Below, piece after piece: positions 39,380 to 49,700 of a stretch of 64,000 nt of DNA. The translations under genes were made by a program, and so were the position numbers. Position 1 is the first letter of the stretch, and each line of letters opens with the position of its first letter. A model generated the notes under the pieces. That model ran no database searches. It had not been told where the DNA came from and saw only the letters and a program-made list of their open reading frames with translations. This stretch comes from Clostridiales bacterium (GTDB lineage Bacteria > Bacillota > Clostridia > Saccharofermentanales > Saccharofermentanaceae), in NCBI GenBank assembly GCA_017513085.1, contig JAFWDK010000027.1, forward strand, positions 128,001-192,000, in the 5' to 3' direction.

Positions 39380-40246
39380 ATGAGTGATTATGATCAGATC
39401 AGCAAACAGGCCCGCACCGCAAGGATCGTGCGCAAGACCGTCACCTATGCCCTCCTGACCTTGTGGGGGATCATAGTGCTTTTCCCGTTCTACTGGATGA
39501 TCCTTTCTTCCATTAAGAGTTACGGCAGCTATAATGCGGAGTTTACGCCGAAGTTCATCACGACCGAACCGACGATGCAGAACTACATCGATGCGTTTAC
39601 GAAGGTGAACCTGGGAAGATATTTTTTCAATACCATCGTCTTCACAGTCGTCACCACGGCTCTCATGATGCTTGTCATCGTATTCGCCGCTTTCGCGTTC
39701 TCGAGGCTTCAGTTCCGTGGAAAGAACCTGGTGTTTACTCTTTTTCTTTCTCTCATGATGATCCCGTCGGAACTGGTGATCATCACTAACTTTGTCACGA
39801 TTACGAACTGGGGACTTCGGAATACTTTTACAGGTCTGATCCTGCCGTCCGTCACTTCAGTCTTTTATATTTATCTTTTGAAAGAAAACTTTGAGCAGAT
39901 CCCAGACGATCTTTATAAAGCCGCGAAAGTAGATGGCACATCGGACATGAAGTACCTTTTCAAAGTCATGGTGCCGATCTGCTCGCCAACGATCGTGACC
40001 GTTGTGATCCTCAAGGTCATCGAGTGCTGGAACGCTTATGTATGGCCGCGTCTCATCACGGACAACCCCAAGTACTTCCTGGTCAGTAATGGTATCTCGG
40101 AGATCCGTGAGAACGGCTTTGGCCGTGAAAACATTCCCGCCATGATGGCCGCCGTTGTGGTCATCTCGATCCCGTTGATCGTATTGTTCCTGATCTTCCA
40201 TAAGAAGATCATGGCCGGCGTAAGCAGAGGAGGTACGAAAGGATGA
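39380..40246 (+). CDS. CUT1 ABC importer permease (UgpE/MalG-like)
   Basis: FPFYWMI, LMMIP, YKAAKVDG, WNAYVWP. Confidence 0.92.
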   Translation: MSDYDQISKQARTARIVRKTVTYALLTLWGIIVLFPFYWMILSSIKSYGSYNAEFTPKFITTEPTMQNYIDAFTKVNLGRYFFNTIVFTVVTTALMMLVIVFAAFAFSRLQFRGKNLVFTLFLSLMMIPSELVIITNFVTITNWGLRNTFTGLILPSVTSVFYIYLLKENFEQIPDDLYKAAKVDGTSDMKYLFKVMVPICSPTIVTVVILKVIECWNAYVWPRLITDNPKYFLVSNGISEIRENGFGRENIPAMMAAVVVISIPLIVLFLIFHKKIMAGVSRGGTKG

Positions 40247-41853
40247 AACGTCTTATGTCACGCATTCTCTCCTCTGTGCTTCTTGCAGTCATCCTGATAG
40301 CCTGCGCCCTACCGCTCGCATCGTGCCACGGCTCGACCGCCCTCGCCGCTTTTGACGTACCGGACGATTTCGACATGAACAAGCAGTATGAGATCACCTT
40401 CTGGGCAAAAAACGATACTAATGTCACGCAGACAAAAGTCTACAGCAAGGCCGTCGAAGACTTTCAGAAACTTTACCCGAATATCCATGTCAACCTGCGC
40501 TTCTACACGGATTATAACAAGATCTATAACGACGTCATCACGAACATCGCAACGAAGACGACACCGAATATCTGCATCACGTACCCGGACCATATCGCGA
40601 CCTACATGACCGGCGATAACGTGGTGGTACCGCTGGATGCGCTTTTTAAGGATAAGAAATACGGACTCGGTGGAAGCGAGGTGCGCTTTGACAGTCCGAA
40701 ATTAAACGAAGTGGTTCCGCAATTTCTGGAAGAGTGCCGGATCGGCAATGAACACTACGCGATCCCCTTCATGCGTTCGACTGAAGCCTGCTATGTGAAT
40801 AAGGATTTTGTGGAGAAACTGGGTTACACTCTTCCGGAAGTTTTGACCTGGGATTTCGTGTGGGAAGTCTCGGAAGCGGCAACGAAGAAGAATCCGGACG
40901 GGACTTTTGCCATCAATGGCCAAAAGACCATGATTCCTTTCATCTACAAATCGTCTGACAACATGATGATCCATATGCTTTTCCAGAAAGATGCCGGTTA
41001 CTCCACACCTTCCGGTGAGATCAACATCTTTAACGACACCACACAGGAACTCCTCGAGGAAATCGCAGGACACGCCGGGACAGGTGCTTTTTCCACATTC
41101 AAGATCAGCAGCTATCCGGCAAATTTTCTGAATGCAGGACAATGCATTTTCGCCATCGACTCTACTGCGGGTTCCACCTGGATGGGTACCAAAGCTCCGA
41201 ATATCGATATCAGCAAAGACAAGCTCGTGGATTTTGAAACCGTGGTCTACCCGGTTCCGCAATACGATCCGTCCGAACCGAAGATGATCTCCCAGGGGCC
41301 GTCGATCTGTTTGTTTAACAAAGAAGATAAAGGCGAGGTCCTGGCCAGTTGGCTATTCGCATCGTATCTTCTGACAAACGATGTGCAGATCGCTTATTCG
41401 GAAACGGAAGGATATGTTCCGGTCACGACCAAAGCACAGACTTCAAAAGCCTATCAGGAATACCTTTCAGGCAGGAATATCGGCGACGACTTGCATTACA
41501 GCGTAAAACTGGATGCTTGCGAACTGCTGATCTCACACGTTTCCGACACCTTTGTCACGCCGGTTTTTAACGGGTCCACTTCTCTACGAAACGCCGCCGG
41601 TGAACTGATCGAGAACGTGACCAAATCTGCCAGAAGAAAGCAGACTATCGACAAAGCCTACTACGAGAAGCTTTACGCGGACACAACGTCCCTCTACCGT
41701 TTGGACCAGATCGTCAAAACTGACGCCGTAAATATAAAAGATCTTGGCAAATTGCCGAATACTGCCGTGATTTTGCTGGTAAGTCTGGCTGTTTCTTGGG
41801 TTTTGATTGGTACATATGTAGTTTCTCGTCAAATCCGCAAGAAAAAAACGTGA
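40243..41853 (+). CDS. Extracellular solute-binding lipoprotein with extra C-terminal TM helix
   Basis: LASC lipobox, AIPFMRSTE, QGPSIC, TEGYVPV; C-terminal hydrophobic helix then RKKKT. Confidence 0.88.
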   Translation: MKRLMSRILSSVLLAVILIACALPLASCHGSTALAAFDVPDDFDMNKQYEITFWAKNDTNVTQTKVYSKAVEDFQKLYPNIHVNLRFYTDYNKIYNDVITNIATKTTPNICITYPDHIATYMTGDNVVVPLDALFKDKKYGLGGSEVRFDSPKLNEVVPQFLEECRIGNEHYAIPFMRSTEACYVNKDFVEKLGYTLPEVLTWDFVWEVSEAATKKNPDGTFAINGQKTMIPFIYKSSDNMMIHMLFQKDAGYSTPSGEINIFNDTTQELLEEIAGHAGTGAFSTFKISSYPANFLNAGQCIFAIDSTAGSTWMGTKAPNIDISKDKLVDFETVVYPVPQYDPSEPKMISQGPSICLFNKEDKGEVLASWLFASYLLTNDVQIAYSETEGYVPVTTKAQTSKAYQEYLSGRNIGDDLHYSVKLDACELLISHVSDTFVTPVFNGSTSLRNAAGELIENVTKSARRKQTIDKAYYEKLYADTTSLYRLDQIVKTDAVNIKDLGKLPNTAVILLVSLAVSWVLIGTYVVSRQIRKKKT

Positions 41854-41879
41854 ATCTTGCAAAAAATGACTTATAATAT

Positions 41880-41922
41880 GGACTGACCAAAGCGAAAGCT
41901 GCTGGTCAGTCCTTTTTATTTT
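41880..41922 (+). terminator. Intrinsic terminator after the ABC operon
   Basis: GGACTGACCA...TGGTCAGTCC stem with GAAA loop followed by TTTTTATTTT. Confidence 0.75.
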
Positions 41923-41948
41923 GAATGAAAAGAATAGGAGAGAACATT

Positions 41949-42881
41949 ATGAAGAAAAGTATAGCATGCATCGCGGCTCTTTCTTTGATCCTGGCTATGG
42001 CCGGCTGCAACAGCAAGAAAGAGACTGAAAAGAGATGGACACCACCGTCCGGTACAGGAGAGGAATCTGCTCCTTCTGAAGAAACAACCACTACAGAAGA
42101 GACAACAGAGGAGACAACAACAGCTGAAGAGACAACGACAGCGGCTGAATCTTCCAAGGAGACATCTGCTGATGCTTCCGAAACATCTGCTGACGCTTCC
42201 GAGACTTCTGCTGACGCTTCCGAGACTTCTGCCGAGTCCGGAAAAGTTATGTCTTACAAGGAGTACAAGGACGCAGCTCTTGATTCCGAGGTAACGATCG
42301 AGGCTTATGTACAGGCTAAGCAGTCCTGGTGGGATAACAAAGCTACCGTATATCTTCAGGACGAAGATGGTGCTTATTTCGCCTACAACATGGCTTGCAC
42401 CGAAGAAGATTATGCGAAGCTCACAGATGGCCAGAAGATCCGCGTGAAGGGCTTCAAGTCCGAGTGGTCCGGCGAAGTGGAGATCGTTGACGCAACTTTC
42501 GAAGTGATTGAAGGCACATGGACAGCTACTCCGGTAGATGTAACAGCTGAGCTGGGTACAGATGCTCTGATCGACAAGCAGAACCAGAAAGTTTCTTTCA
42601 CCGGTATGAAGGTAGAAGCTTCCAAGGACGCAGACGGCAAGGAAGTTGCTTTCCTTTACAAGTATGACGGATCCGGTGCTGAGGGCGATGACCTCTACTT
42701 CCAGGTTTCCGCTAACGACAAGACCTACACATTCACAGTTGAGTCCTACCTCTGCGATAAGGATTCCGAAGTGTACAAGGCTGTAAAAGAACTGAAGGTC
42801 GGCGACACAGTAGATATGGAAGGTTTCCTCTACTGGTATGAGGGTGCTAACCCGCACATCACAAAGGTAACCGTTAAGTAA
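41949..42881 (+). CDS. Lipoprotein with Ser/Thr/Glu stalk and two OB-fold-like domains
   Basis: MAGC lipobox, EETTT/SADASET stalk, VYLQDEDGA...GQKIRVKG and LKVGDTVDMEGFL OB patterns. Confidence 0.75.
   Translation: MKKSIACIAALSLILAMAGCNSKKETEKRWTPPSGTGEESAPSEETTTTEETTEETTTAEETTTAAESSKETSADASETSADASETSADASETSAESGKVMSYKEYKDAALDSEVTIEAYVQAKQSWWDNKATVYLQDEDGAYFAYNMACTEEDYAKLTDGQKIRVKGFKSEWSGEVEIVDATFEVIEGTWTATPVDVTAELGTDALIDKQNQKVSFTGMKVEASKDADGKEVAFLYKYDGSGAEGDDLYFQVSANDKTYTFTVESYLCDKDSEVYKAVKELKVGDTVDMEGFLYWYEGANPHITKVTVK
42165..42227 (+). repeat. In-frame 21-bp tandem repeat x3 (SADASET)
   Basis: TCTGCTGAYGCTTCCGARACW repeated three times. Confidence 0.9.
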
Positions 42882-42942
42882 TAACAGTTACCGCCCGGAT
42901 CCGTACGGCGGCGCCGGTGGGATCTGACCGAATAAGTTGATA

Positions 42943-42978
42943 AAAAGAGGGAAGTCTCAAGTGAGGCCTCCCTCTTTT
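42943..42978. terminator. Bidirectional intrinsic terminator
   Basis: AAAAGAGGGA...TCCCTCTTTT hairpin between convergent genes. Confidence 0.75.
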
Positions 42979-43053
42979 CAGTTCGGAAAAAACGCAAGAA
43001 AAGGCGCACCCGGGAAGATCCCGAATACGCCTTTAAATGAGGAGTCAATGACT

Positions 43054-43365
43054 TCAGCCGTCTTCTCTGTATTCAAAGTCGAAGGTGTCGATGCGCTCTG
43101 ACGGGTCGGAAAGATCCGATCCGAAGTGCTGGAACTGGAAAAGGAATTTTTGTCTTTTCGCACGTGGAACGACCATGGCAACTTGTGCTGTCAGAAGAGC
43201 GGAAAAAAGAATATCCAATCCGATGACAAGAAGTCCTGCGTAAAGCAACGGGTGGAAAAAGATACATCCGATAAACAGAAGGACCGCCATCACCAACAAA
43301 TATCGGAAATACCCGAAAAACGTAAGCAAGAAACAAGCACAAGCACTTCTCATTCCTTTTTTCAT
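43054..43365 (-). CDS. Small hypothetical membrane protein
   Basis: 103 aa, AGGAGG RBS, hydrophobic segments. Confidence 0.6.
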   Translation of the reverse strand: MKKGMRSACACFLLTFFGYFRYLLVMAVLLFIGCIFFHPLLYAGLLVIGLDILFSALLTAQVAMVVPRAKRQKFLFQFQHFGSDLSDPSERIDTFDFEYREDG

Positions 43366-43660
43366 GACACCCTCCTACTCCTCTTTTCCCATCGTTTTTA
43401 GACCAGGATTCGAAAATATCGGCTTTGATTTTTTAATTTTTTGGTCAGGAACTCAGGTAAAGCAAATGATGATCTATTAGATCAATATATTGTATGCCTC
43501 GTAATTGAAAACCCCTATATATTCATCTTAACACTCTTTTTTGAAAATAACGCAAGTGTTTTTCACACTTTGCAAAAAATTTTTGCATTTTTCTTTTTTT
43601 GCAGATAAGTCGAGTGGTTTTTTGTCGCGGGAAATGACTTCTCCGGCAAGGAAAAAGCGT

Positions 43661-43686
43661 AAAAAAGAGGGCCGCTAAGCCCTCTT
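43661..43686 (-). terminator. Intrinsic terminator after the PBP gene
   Basis: AAGAGGG...CCCTCTT hairpin with A-run on the left. Confidence 0.65.
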
Positions 43687-43708
43687 CAGATTGTTTCCGA
43701 TCAGCCGG

Positions 43709-46201
43709 TCAACCGCCCGGAATCATCGGTCCGCCATGATCCGTCGGTGGCGGTGGCGGAGCCGGCGTCGGTGTCGCCTTATGGAACTGACACTCTGTCT
43801 GCGGATTCAAGTAGGAATCCGCGATAAAGTAATCTTCCACCACAGAACCTGCCTCCTGACAGAACTGTGTGGCCTTTTGGCCGGACGACGAACATACCGA
43901 AGCGCGTACAATATTATCCGGCACCTCAAATTTCGCGCCGGGAAGATCCTTATGGATCCTCTGCATGACTTCATTCCAGATACGCTGCGCATTGTTTCTG
44001 TCGCCTTTCGGGATCTCCGTGGTACGAAGGCGGTTAACGTATCCATACCAGACGGCCGCCGAGTAGTAAGGCGTGAATCCGCAGAACCACTTATCGACGT
44101 TATCGTCTGTTGTACCGGTCTTACCGGCTACAGCGATCGATTCGCCATCTGCATTCTCGATCGGCAATACTTTATTCTTCGCCGTACCATAAGTAATTAC
44201 ATCCTGAAGCATGCTGGTCATCAGGAACGAAGTATCCTCGCGATAGACACGATGAGAGGTTACCTCGTGCGTCAGGATCTCGTTGTTATCACTGTCTAAT
44301 ACCTTTGTGTACGCATAAGGTTCGGTGTAGATTCCTCCGGTTGCGAATGTGTTATAAGCGGCAGCCATCTCCAACGGTGACATACCCAGGTTAAAACCAC
44401 CGACCGCCGTTGACGGATACTGCTCCGTCAATCGGTTGATGCCTACTTCATTGAGAAACCAGAGCGCCATTTCCGCGCCAACATCAAACCAGACCATAAC
44501 TGCGATCGTATTTCTTGATGACGCCACAGCCTGCCGGATCGTGATCGGGCCTTTGTATGCGTTATCCGAGTTTTTCGGCCATACTGCATTAGGATTAGAC
44601 GGATCAAGATGTGATTCTTTATCGTCATAGACCATGGACGGCGTGATCAGACGCAGTTCCAATGCCGGACCGTATGCGATCAACGGCTTGATCGAAGAAC
44701 CCGGCTGACGATGCGCATCTACTGCAAGGTTGGTACCCAGGTTAATGGTCTTTTCGCCGTAACCTCCCTGCATACCGGCAATAGCTCCGGTATCCACGTT
44801 TATGACCACCATGCCGGCCTGCGGTTTTTCCGGATAATCCTCAAGCGCTTCAGGATCCGTCTGGAATAGATCTCTATTCTTAAAGGCATCATCCATAACC
44901 GCCTGAACATCGGATTCCATTGTGGTATAGATATGATAACCCCGGTTATATACTGTTGTAGCCGCCAGAGAACGGCTGATCTTTCTCTTCTGCTGAAGAT
45001 CCGAGATAACCTCGGAAACAGCATACTCTACAAAATACGAGTTGATCTTGGTAGCCGAAGATGTATTTGCCGTTCTGAATACCAGTTCCGTATTCAGAGC
45101 ATTGTCATACTCTTCCTGCGTAATGAAGCCAAGTTCCAGCATCTTACTTAATACGATACGCATACGGCGCATCGCATTTCTTCTACCGGATTCACGAAGC
45201 GGGTTATAGTAAGACGGGCTCTTCGGAAGTCCTGCCAGAAAAGCACACTCCGCCAGGGAAAGTTCTTTTGCATTCTTACCGAAATAGTTCTGCGCGCCGG
45301 CTTCTACACCTACATAGTTATTTCCCATCGGAGCAAGGTTGATGTAAAGCTGCATGATCTCATCTTTGCTGGCCTGCTGCTCGAGCGTCATAGCGGAAAA
45401 CCACTCCTGAACTTTTCTCTGTGTGGAGCGCTGGTCCTGACCGGAGATAAGCTTGACCGTCTGCTGGGTAATCGTCGAACCGCCATGGGAGGCAGTACCG
45501 CCATTAGCCAATGCGGAAAGAACGGCGCTTCCGATTCTCTGGACGTCGATACCGGAGTGTTCCAGAAAACGTTCATCTTCGATTGCCATGATGGCTTCGT
45601 CAATATATGTATCTTTAACTTCCGTAAATGCCACGTAAATGCGGTCCACGTTCTCACTACCGGTCAGCTTGGCTAACACCGTGCCGTTGGAGTCGTAGAC
45701 AAAAGACGTCTCTACCGAGTCTGTCATGGTGATATCCGTCACGGAAAGCGGTGTAGTGGTGGAAATATAGCCGATGAGCATACCTCCGCCAAAACCTCCG
45801 GCCATAAAGCATACACAAAGCAGGATAACCAGTGCGGTCTTCAGGATGTCCATGACTCCGTGGAAAACCTCCATATACCAGTGACGCTCGTGTGCAGCAC
45901 GTGTCGGTTTACCACTCAGGCGGGAACGGAGTTCGTCTGCAAGCGCACTGTTTTCCGGCGCAATCGGTCTTGTCGAGCGCTGTTGTGGATCTCTGACTTC
46001 GTTATCCTTCTCATACGCCTGAGACCTGGAATAGCTTCCTTGCGCCGTCATGCCGGATACAGTCTGACCGTGCGGCTTCGTGGACTGGTCAATGGTAGCA
46101 TCCGTCACCACACGCTTCTTCTTCGGCTTCGCGGCAGAACCGTTTTCTTTATTATTCTTACCGGAAGGCCGAAAAGAGCCTCCCTGGTTTTGATTTGACA
46201 T
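43709..46201 (-). CDS. Class A penicillin-binding protein (PBP1A family)
   Basis: EDERF, GSTITQQ, RKVQE transglycosylase motifs; SSIK, SRN, KTGT transpeptidase motifs. Confidence 0.95.
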   Translation of the reverse strand: MSNQNQGGSFRPSGKNNKENGSAAKPKKKRVVTDATIDQSTKPHGQTVSGMTAQGSYSRSQAYEKDNEVRDPQQRSTRPIAPENSALADELRSRLSGKPTRAAHERHWYMEVFHGVMDILKTALVILLCVCFMAGGFGGGMLIGYISTTTPLSVTDITMTDSVETSFVYDSNGTVLAKLTGSENVDRIYVAFTEVKDTYIDEAIMAIEDERFLEHSGIDVQRIGSAVLSALANGGTASHGGSTITQQTVKLISGQDQRSTQRKVQEWFSAMTLEQQASKDEIMQLYINLAPMGNNYVGVEAGAQNYFGKNAKELSLAECAFLAGLPKSPSYYNPLRESGRRNAMRRMRIVLSKMLELGFITQEEYDNALNTELVFRTANTSSATKINSYFVEYAVSEVISDLQQKRKISRSLAATTVYNRGYHIYTTMESDVQAVMDDAFKNRDLFQTDPEALEDYPEKPQAGMVVINVDTGAIAGMQGGYGEKTINLGTNLAVDAHRQPGSSIKPLIAYGPALELRLITPSMVYDDKESHLDPSNPNAVWPKNSDNAYKGPITIRQAVASSRNTIAVMVWFDVGAEMALWFLNEVGINRLTEQYPSTAVGGFNLGMSPLEMAAAYNTFATGGIYTEPYAYTKVLDSDNNEILTHEVTSHRVYREDTSFLMTSMLQDVITYGTAKNKVLPIENADGESIAVAGKTGTTDDNVDKWFCGFTPYYSAAVWYGYVNRLRTTEIPKGDRNNAQRIWNEVMQRIHKDLPGAKFEVPDNIVRASVCSSSGQKATQFCQEAGSVVEDYFIADSYLNPQTECQFHKATPTPAPPPPPTDHGGPMIPGG

Positions 46202-46328
46202 AGTTTACACCTTCAGAATCACTTGTCGGGGACTTATAAAAATCCACGATAATAATACCAGTATTCGGAAGAATTGGAAAGAGAGCCACAAGTGCGCTAT
46301 AATGTTGCTGAATATTTAGGGGCGGTAA

Positions 46329-48020
46329 ATGGGCATTTTCGAAGAAAAAACATATCAGGTCAAGTGTAGCGGTCTTTCCAACGAAGGACAGGGTGTCGCG
46401 CGTATTGAGAGCGACCGTGAAAAAGATAACGGACTAAAGGTATTTGTGGACGATCTCTTACCCGGAGAGGTCGCTAAGATCCGTATTACTTCGCGTGAGA
46501 AGAACCTGGCTCACGGAGAAAAGATCGAAACCGTATCCGAATCGCCCAACCGTGTTGTGCCTGTCTGCTCCGAGTTCACCAAGTGTGGTGGATGTCAGAT
46601 TCAGCATGCCGACTATGCCTGCCAGCTCAAAATGAAGGAAGACATGGTCCGCTCTTGCCTGCACCGTATCGGGCATATTTCCCTTTCCGACCTTCACTCG
46701 GTCAGCGAGCCCATCTTAGGCGCCCCGGACCAGTTCTTTTACCGCAATAACGTTCAGTATCCGATCGAATACAGTCATGCCAAGAAGAGCGTGAATATCG
46801 GTCTTTACGAGAAGAAGAGCCACAAGATCGTGGAACATGAGAAGTGTTACCTCGTTCATCCGTCAGCCGAAGTGATCCGTGGTGTGGCGCAGATCTATTT
46901 CAGCGACCACTCCCGTGCCAATATTGCTAAATATCTCCGGCAACTCATTGTTCGTGTGGGTTTTTTCAGCAAGGAAATGATGGTCGTTCTCGTCTGCACA
47001 CGTCCTATCAAGCTCGATGCGGAAGAATTCGTCCAGACTTGCGAGAGAGCCATGTCACAGGCACAGATCGGTATGCACATCTCCAGTATCTGGACACAGG
47101 AAACCAAGGACCGTGCCAAGAAGGGGGCTTCCGATTGTTGGACCAATGTCTGGGGGAAACCCTATATTCATGAATTCCTGGAACACCGGGTATTCCGCAT
47201 CTCGCCGGATGCTTTTTTCCAGGTCAACAGTAAACAGACGATCCATCTGTATTCCAAAGTTAAAGAATATCTCCGCTACGACGGAGCGCTTCCCCGTCTT
47301 CTTGTGGATCTTTACTGTGGCACCGGCAGTATCGGCATCTTCTGCTCCAGTGTCTGCCATCACCTGGTCGGTATCGAGTCAGTCGAGTCTGCCGTAATCG
47401 ATGCGCGCGCCAATGCTACAGCTAATTATCTTGAAAACGCCGAGTTTTTCTGTGGTAAAGCAGAGGACTACGATTTCGGCGCAATGATGCCGGACGCGGT
47501 CGTCATCGATCCTCCTCGCAAAGGCTGCGACGAAAAACTGCTCCGCGAACTACTGCATCTGGCCCCTACCCGGATCGTTTACGTTTCCTGTAACCCTTCC
47601 ACATTAGCGCGGGACCTTCACCGTCTCTTCCAGATCCAGGAAGAGGGCGACACACGCTACGGCATCAGCCGTATCTGCCCGGTGGATATGTTCCCGAATA
47701 CGTCTCATGTCGAGACTGTTGTCTTGCTTTCCAAGGAAAACATATCGACAAAACATGTTCGGGTTGAGTTTAATCTTGAAGAGATGGATATGTCAGGATT
47801 CAAGGTCGGTGCTACTTATGAAGAGATAATCGCATGGGTTCAGGAGAAATACGGTTTCCATGTTACTCATCTTAATATTGCTCAGGTCAAGCGCAAGTGC
47901 GGGATCGTTGAAAGAGAGAACTACAATCTTCCAAAATCACCGGACTCAAGACAACCGAATACTCCTAAGGAAAAAGAGGATGCGATCAAGGATGCGTTCA
48001 AGCATTTTAATATGATCTGA
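46329..48020 (+). CDS. rlmD: 23S rRNA m5U1939 methyltransferase RlmD with ~100-aa element-derived C-terminus
   Basis: TRAM domain, CSEFTKCGGC, AFFQVN, DLYCGTG, DPPRKG, YVSCNP, DMFPNTSHVE; extension follows ETVVLLSK. Confidence 0.95.
   Translation: MGIFEEKTYQVKCSGLSNEGQGVARIESDREKDNGLKVFVDDLLPGEVAKIRITSREKNLAHGEKIETVSESPNRVVPVCSEFTKCGGCQIQHADYACQLKMKEDMVRSCLHRIGHISLSDLHSVSEPILGAPDQFFYRNNVQYPIEYSHAKKSVNIGLYEKKSHKIVEHEKCYLVHPSAEVIRGVAQIYFSDHSRANIAKYLRQLIVRVGFFSKEMMVVLVCTRPIKLDAEEFVQTCERAMSQAQIGMHISSIWTQETKDRAKKGASDCWTNVWGKPYIHEFLEHRVFRISPDAFFQVNSKQTIHLYSKVKEYLRYDGALPRLLVDLYCGTGSIGIFCSSVCHHLVGIESVESAVIDARANATANYLENAEFFCGKAEDYDFGAMMPDAVVIDPPRKGCDEKLLRELLHLAPTRIVYVSCNPSTLARDLHRLFQIQEEGDTRYGISRICPVDMFPNTSHVETVVLLSKENISTKHVRVEFNLEEMDMSGFKVGATYEEIIAWVQEKYGFHVTHLNIAQVKRKCGIVERENYNLPKSPDSRQPNTPKEKEDAIKDAFKHFNMI
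47712..47735 (+). repeat. Left attachment junction of the IME
   Basis: GAG ACT GTT GTC TTG CTT TCC AAG (ETVVLLSK). Confidence 0.85.
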
Positions 48021-48159
48021 TTGAAGATACTTTAGTTAATCACGCCGTGGGTAGTTGGAGCAATCCAATGTCCTGCGGCGGTTTTATTATGCCTGAAGGT
48101 ATTGTGTCCGATGGTATAATTGAAGCAGATGGATTCAATAGGCAACGGGAGGTGTGGCA

Positions 48160-48735
48160 ATGAACATAAGAAAAATAACATCTCTGGTACTTGTCTTTGT
48201 ATTTGTGTTCTCATTTACCGCCTGCAAGAAAACTGATGTCCCCGAGCTGGATAGAATCTTGAATTATTCAGTTGAACAGTTTGATGATCTGGCAAGCAGC
48301 GTTGATGAGAAGGATTTGATCAAAGCATGGGGTGAACCGCAAGCATTAGGCAGCCGCAGATTCTGGAGAATCAGTGTTGAGGGCGAGACGACAAAGTTTG
48401 TTGTGGCATGGGTTGAGAACGGAAACGTAACATCTATTCACGTTTCCAAGCCTCTGTTTATCAATGTTGCAGCTATAGAAAACGGCGTAGCTTACTGCGT
48501 ATTTGGTTGGAATTACTATTCTACTGATGCAGCTAATCTTGCATTTATGCCAACACAGGACTGTTTTGGCAATGAGATTGCATGTGAGGTTGGTGATCAA
48601 TTCATATTCCAATTTGACGGTATGATCATGGAGTCTTATCCGGCACAGATCAACGCTCCATACTCGGCTGTTCGGATGGGACACCTGTCTGACGAAGAAA
48701 TCTCCGAGATGGCAAGTAACATTGTATTACCGTAG
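48160..48735 (+). CDS. Hypothetical lipoprotein
   Basis: FTAC lipobox, GGAGG RBS, upstream TGGTATAAT extended -10. Confidence 0.75.
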   Translation: MNIRKITSLVLVFVFVFSFTACKKTDVPELDRILNYSVEQFDDLASSVDEKDLIKAWGEPQALGSRRFWRISVEGETTKFVVAWVENGNVTSIHVSKPLFINVAAIENGVAYCVFGWNYYSTDAANLAFMPTQDCFGNEIACEVGDQFIFQFDGMIMESYPAQINAPYSAVRMGHLSDEEISEMASNIVLP

Positions 48736-48764
48736 CGATTATCTTTGATCGTTATTTCGACGGA

Positions 48765-49682
48765 TCAATACACAAGCAGTCCGTTTTCCATTTTGAGTAA
48801 TCGATCATCTACAAAGACAATTGGTACTATCTCGGAGTCGTTATTTTCTGCACAGTTGAAATCCACAATATATTTTAAAGCCTGCTCTTCGCCGGGAAAT
48901 ATAATCAATTGATATGGAAAGTTATAATCCAGCTTTTCTAATAACATAACACCTTCGGATTTTGTATGAATCAGGACAGCCGCGTGACCGCAATGCAAAA
49001 TGTACTGATCACTATCATCATAAATATCAGATCCGTTAAACCATATAGAAATCAAGCTGATGTTATTGTTTCCCTGGAAACTAATGCCGGTCTGTCTCCA
49101 ATACTCATTTATTTGCTCCGCCTGTTCAGACACACTGATGTTTTCGGACGATTCTATACCGTTGAATAATAATGTGAATTGTCTGATATCTGAATCAGAC
49201 TGAAAAACGGATGAATCGTTGATTTCAACAAGCATCATCGGCTCTGTCACTTGGGAAGCTGTGTCGTATGAAATAAGCGAACCCATAGCTTCAAATGCAG
49301 TTAATCGGCAGTTTCTTCTGCCGGTTAGATTCCCATATTTACTCTTCCATTTTCTTTCTAGCTTTGTTGAATCATATGCGGATGCAGCGTTTTCAGTAAA
49401 AACCGCAAATCCGCTTTGTACTGGTAAAATATCTCCTGTAGCAGCATTGTACTGAATGATGTTTTCGAGCAAGGCATCTATATAAGGCTTTTGAACGCCT
49501 GCTTCTTCCAAAGCTGTCCTTAGAACATCCTGCGATTCCAGATCAACAAGGTTACTGTATACTGCATCATACGGAGAACCCTGTGACTCTGTCTTGCTGT
49601 TTTGCGTTCCACAGCCTGTAACAAGTAGTATTAAACATAATGTTGTTACGAAGGTTAATACGCTATTTAATGATTTATTCAC
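48765..49682 (-). CDS. DUF4300-like lipoprotein
   Basis: VTGC lipobox, YSNLVD, NCRLTAF, GHAAVL, LLEKL...PYQ. Confidence 0.7.
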   Translation of the reverse strand: MNKSLNSVLTFVTTLCLILLVTGCGTQNSKTESQGSPYDAVYSNLVDLESQDVLRTALEEAGVQKPYIDALLENIIQYNAATGDILPVQSGFAVFTENAASAYDSTKLERKWKSKYGNLTGRRNCRLTAFEAMGSLISYDTASQVTEPMMLVEINDSSVFQSDSDIRQFTLLFNGIESSENISVSEQAEQINEYWRQTGISFQGNNNISLISIWFNGSDIYDDSDQYILHCGHAAVLIHTKSEGVMLLEKLDYNFPYQLIIFPGEEQALKYIVDFNCAENNDSEIVPIVFVDDRLLKMENGLLVY

Positions 49683-49700
49683 TCTTTATAATCCTTTCCA

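Noticed and set aside
42075-42235. Repeats as a CRISPR array
   Set aside because: In-frame coding repeats with no unique spacers; no cas genes in the window
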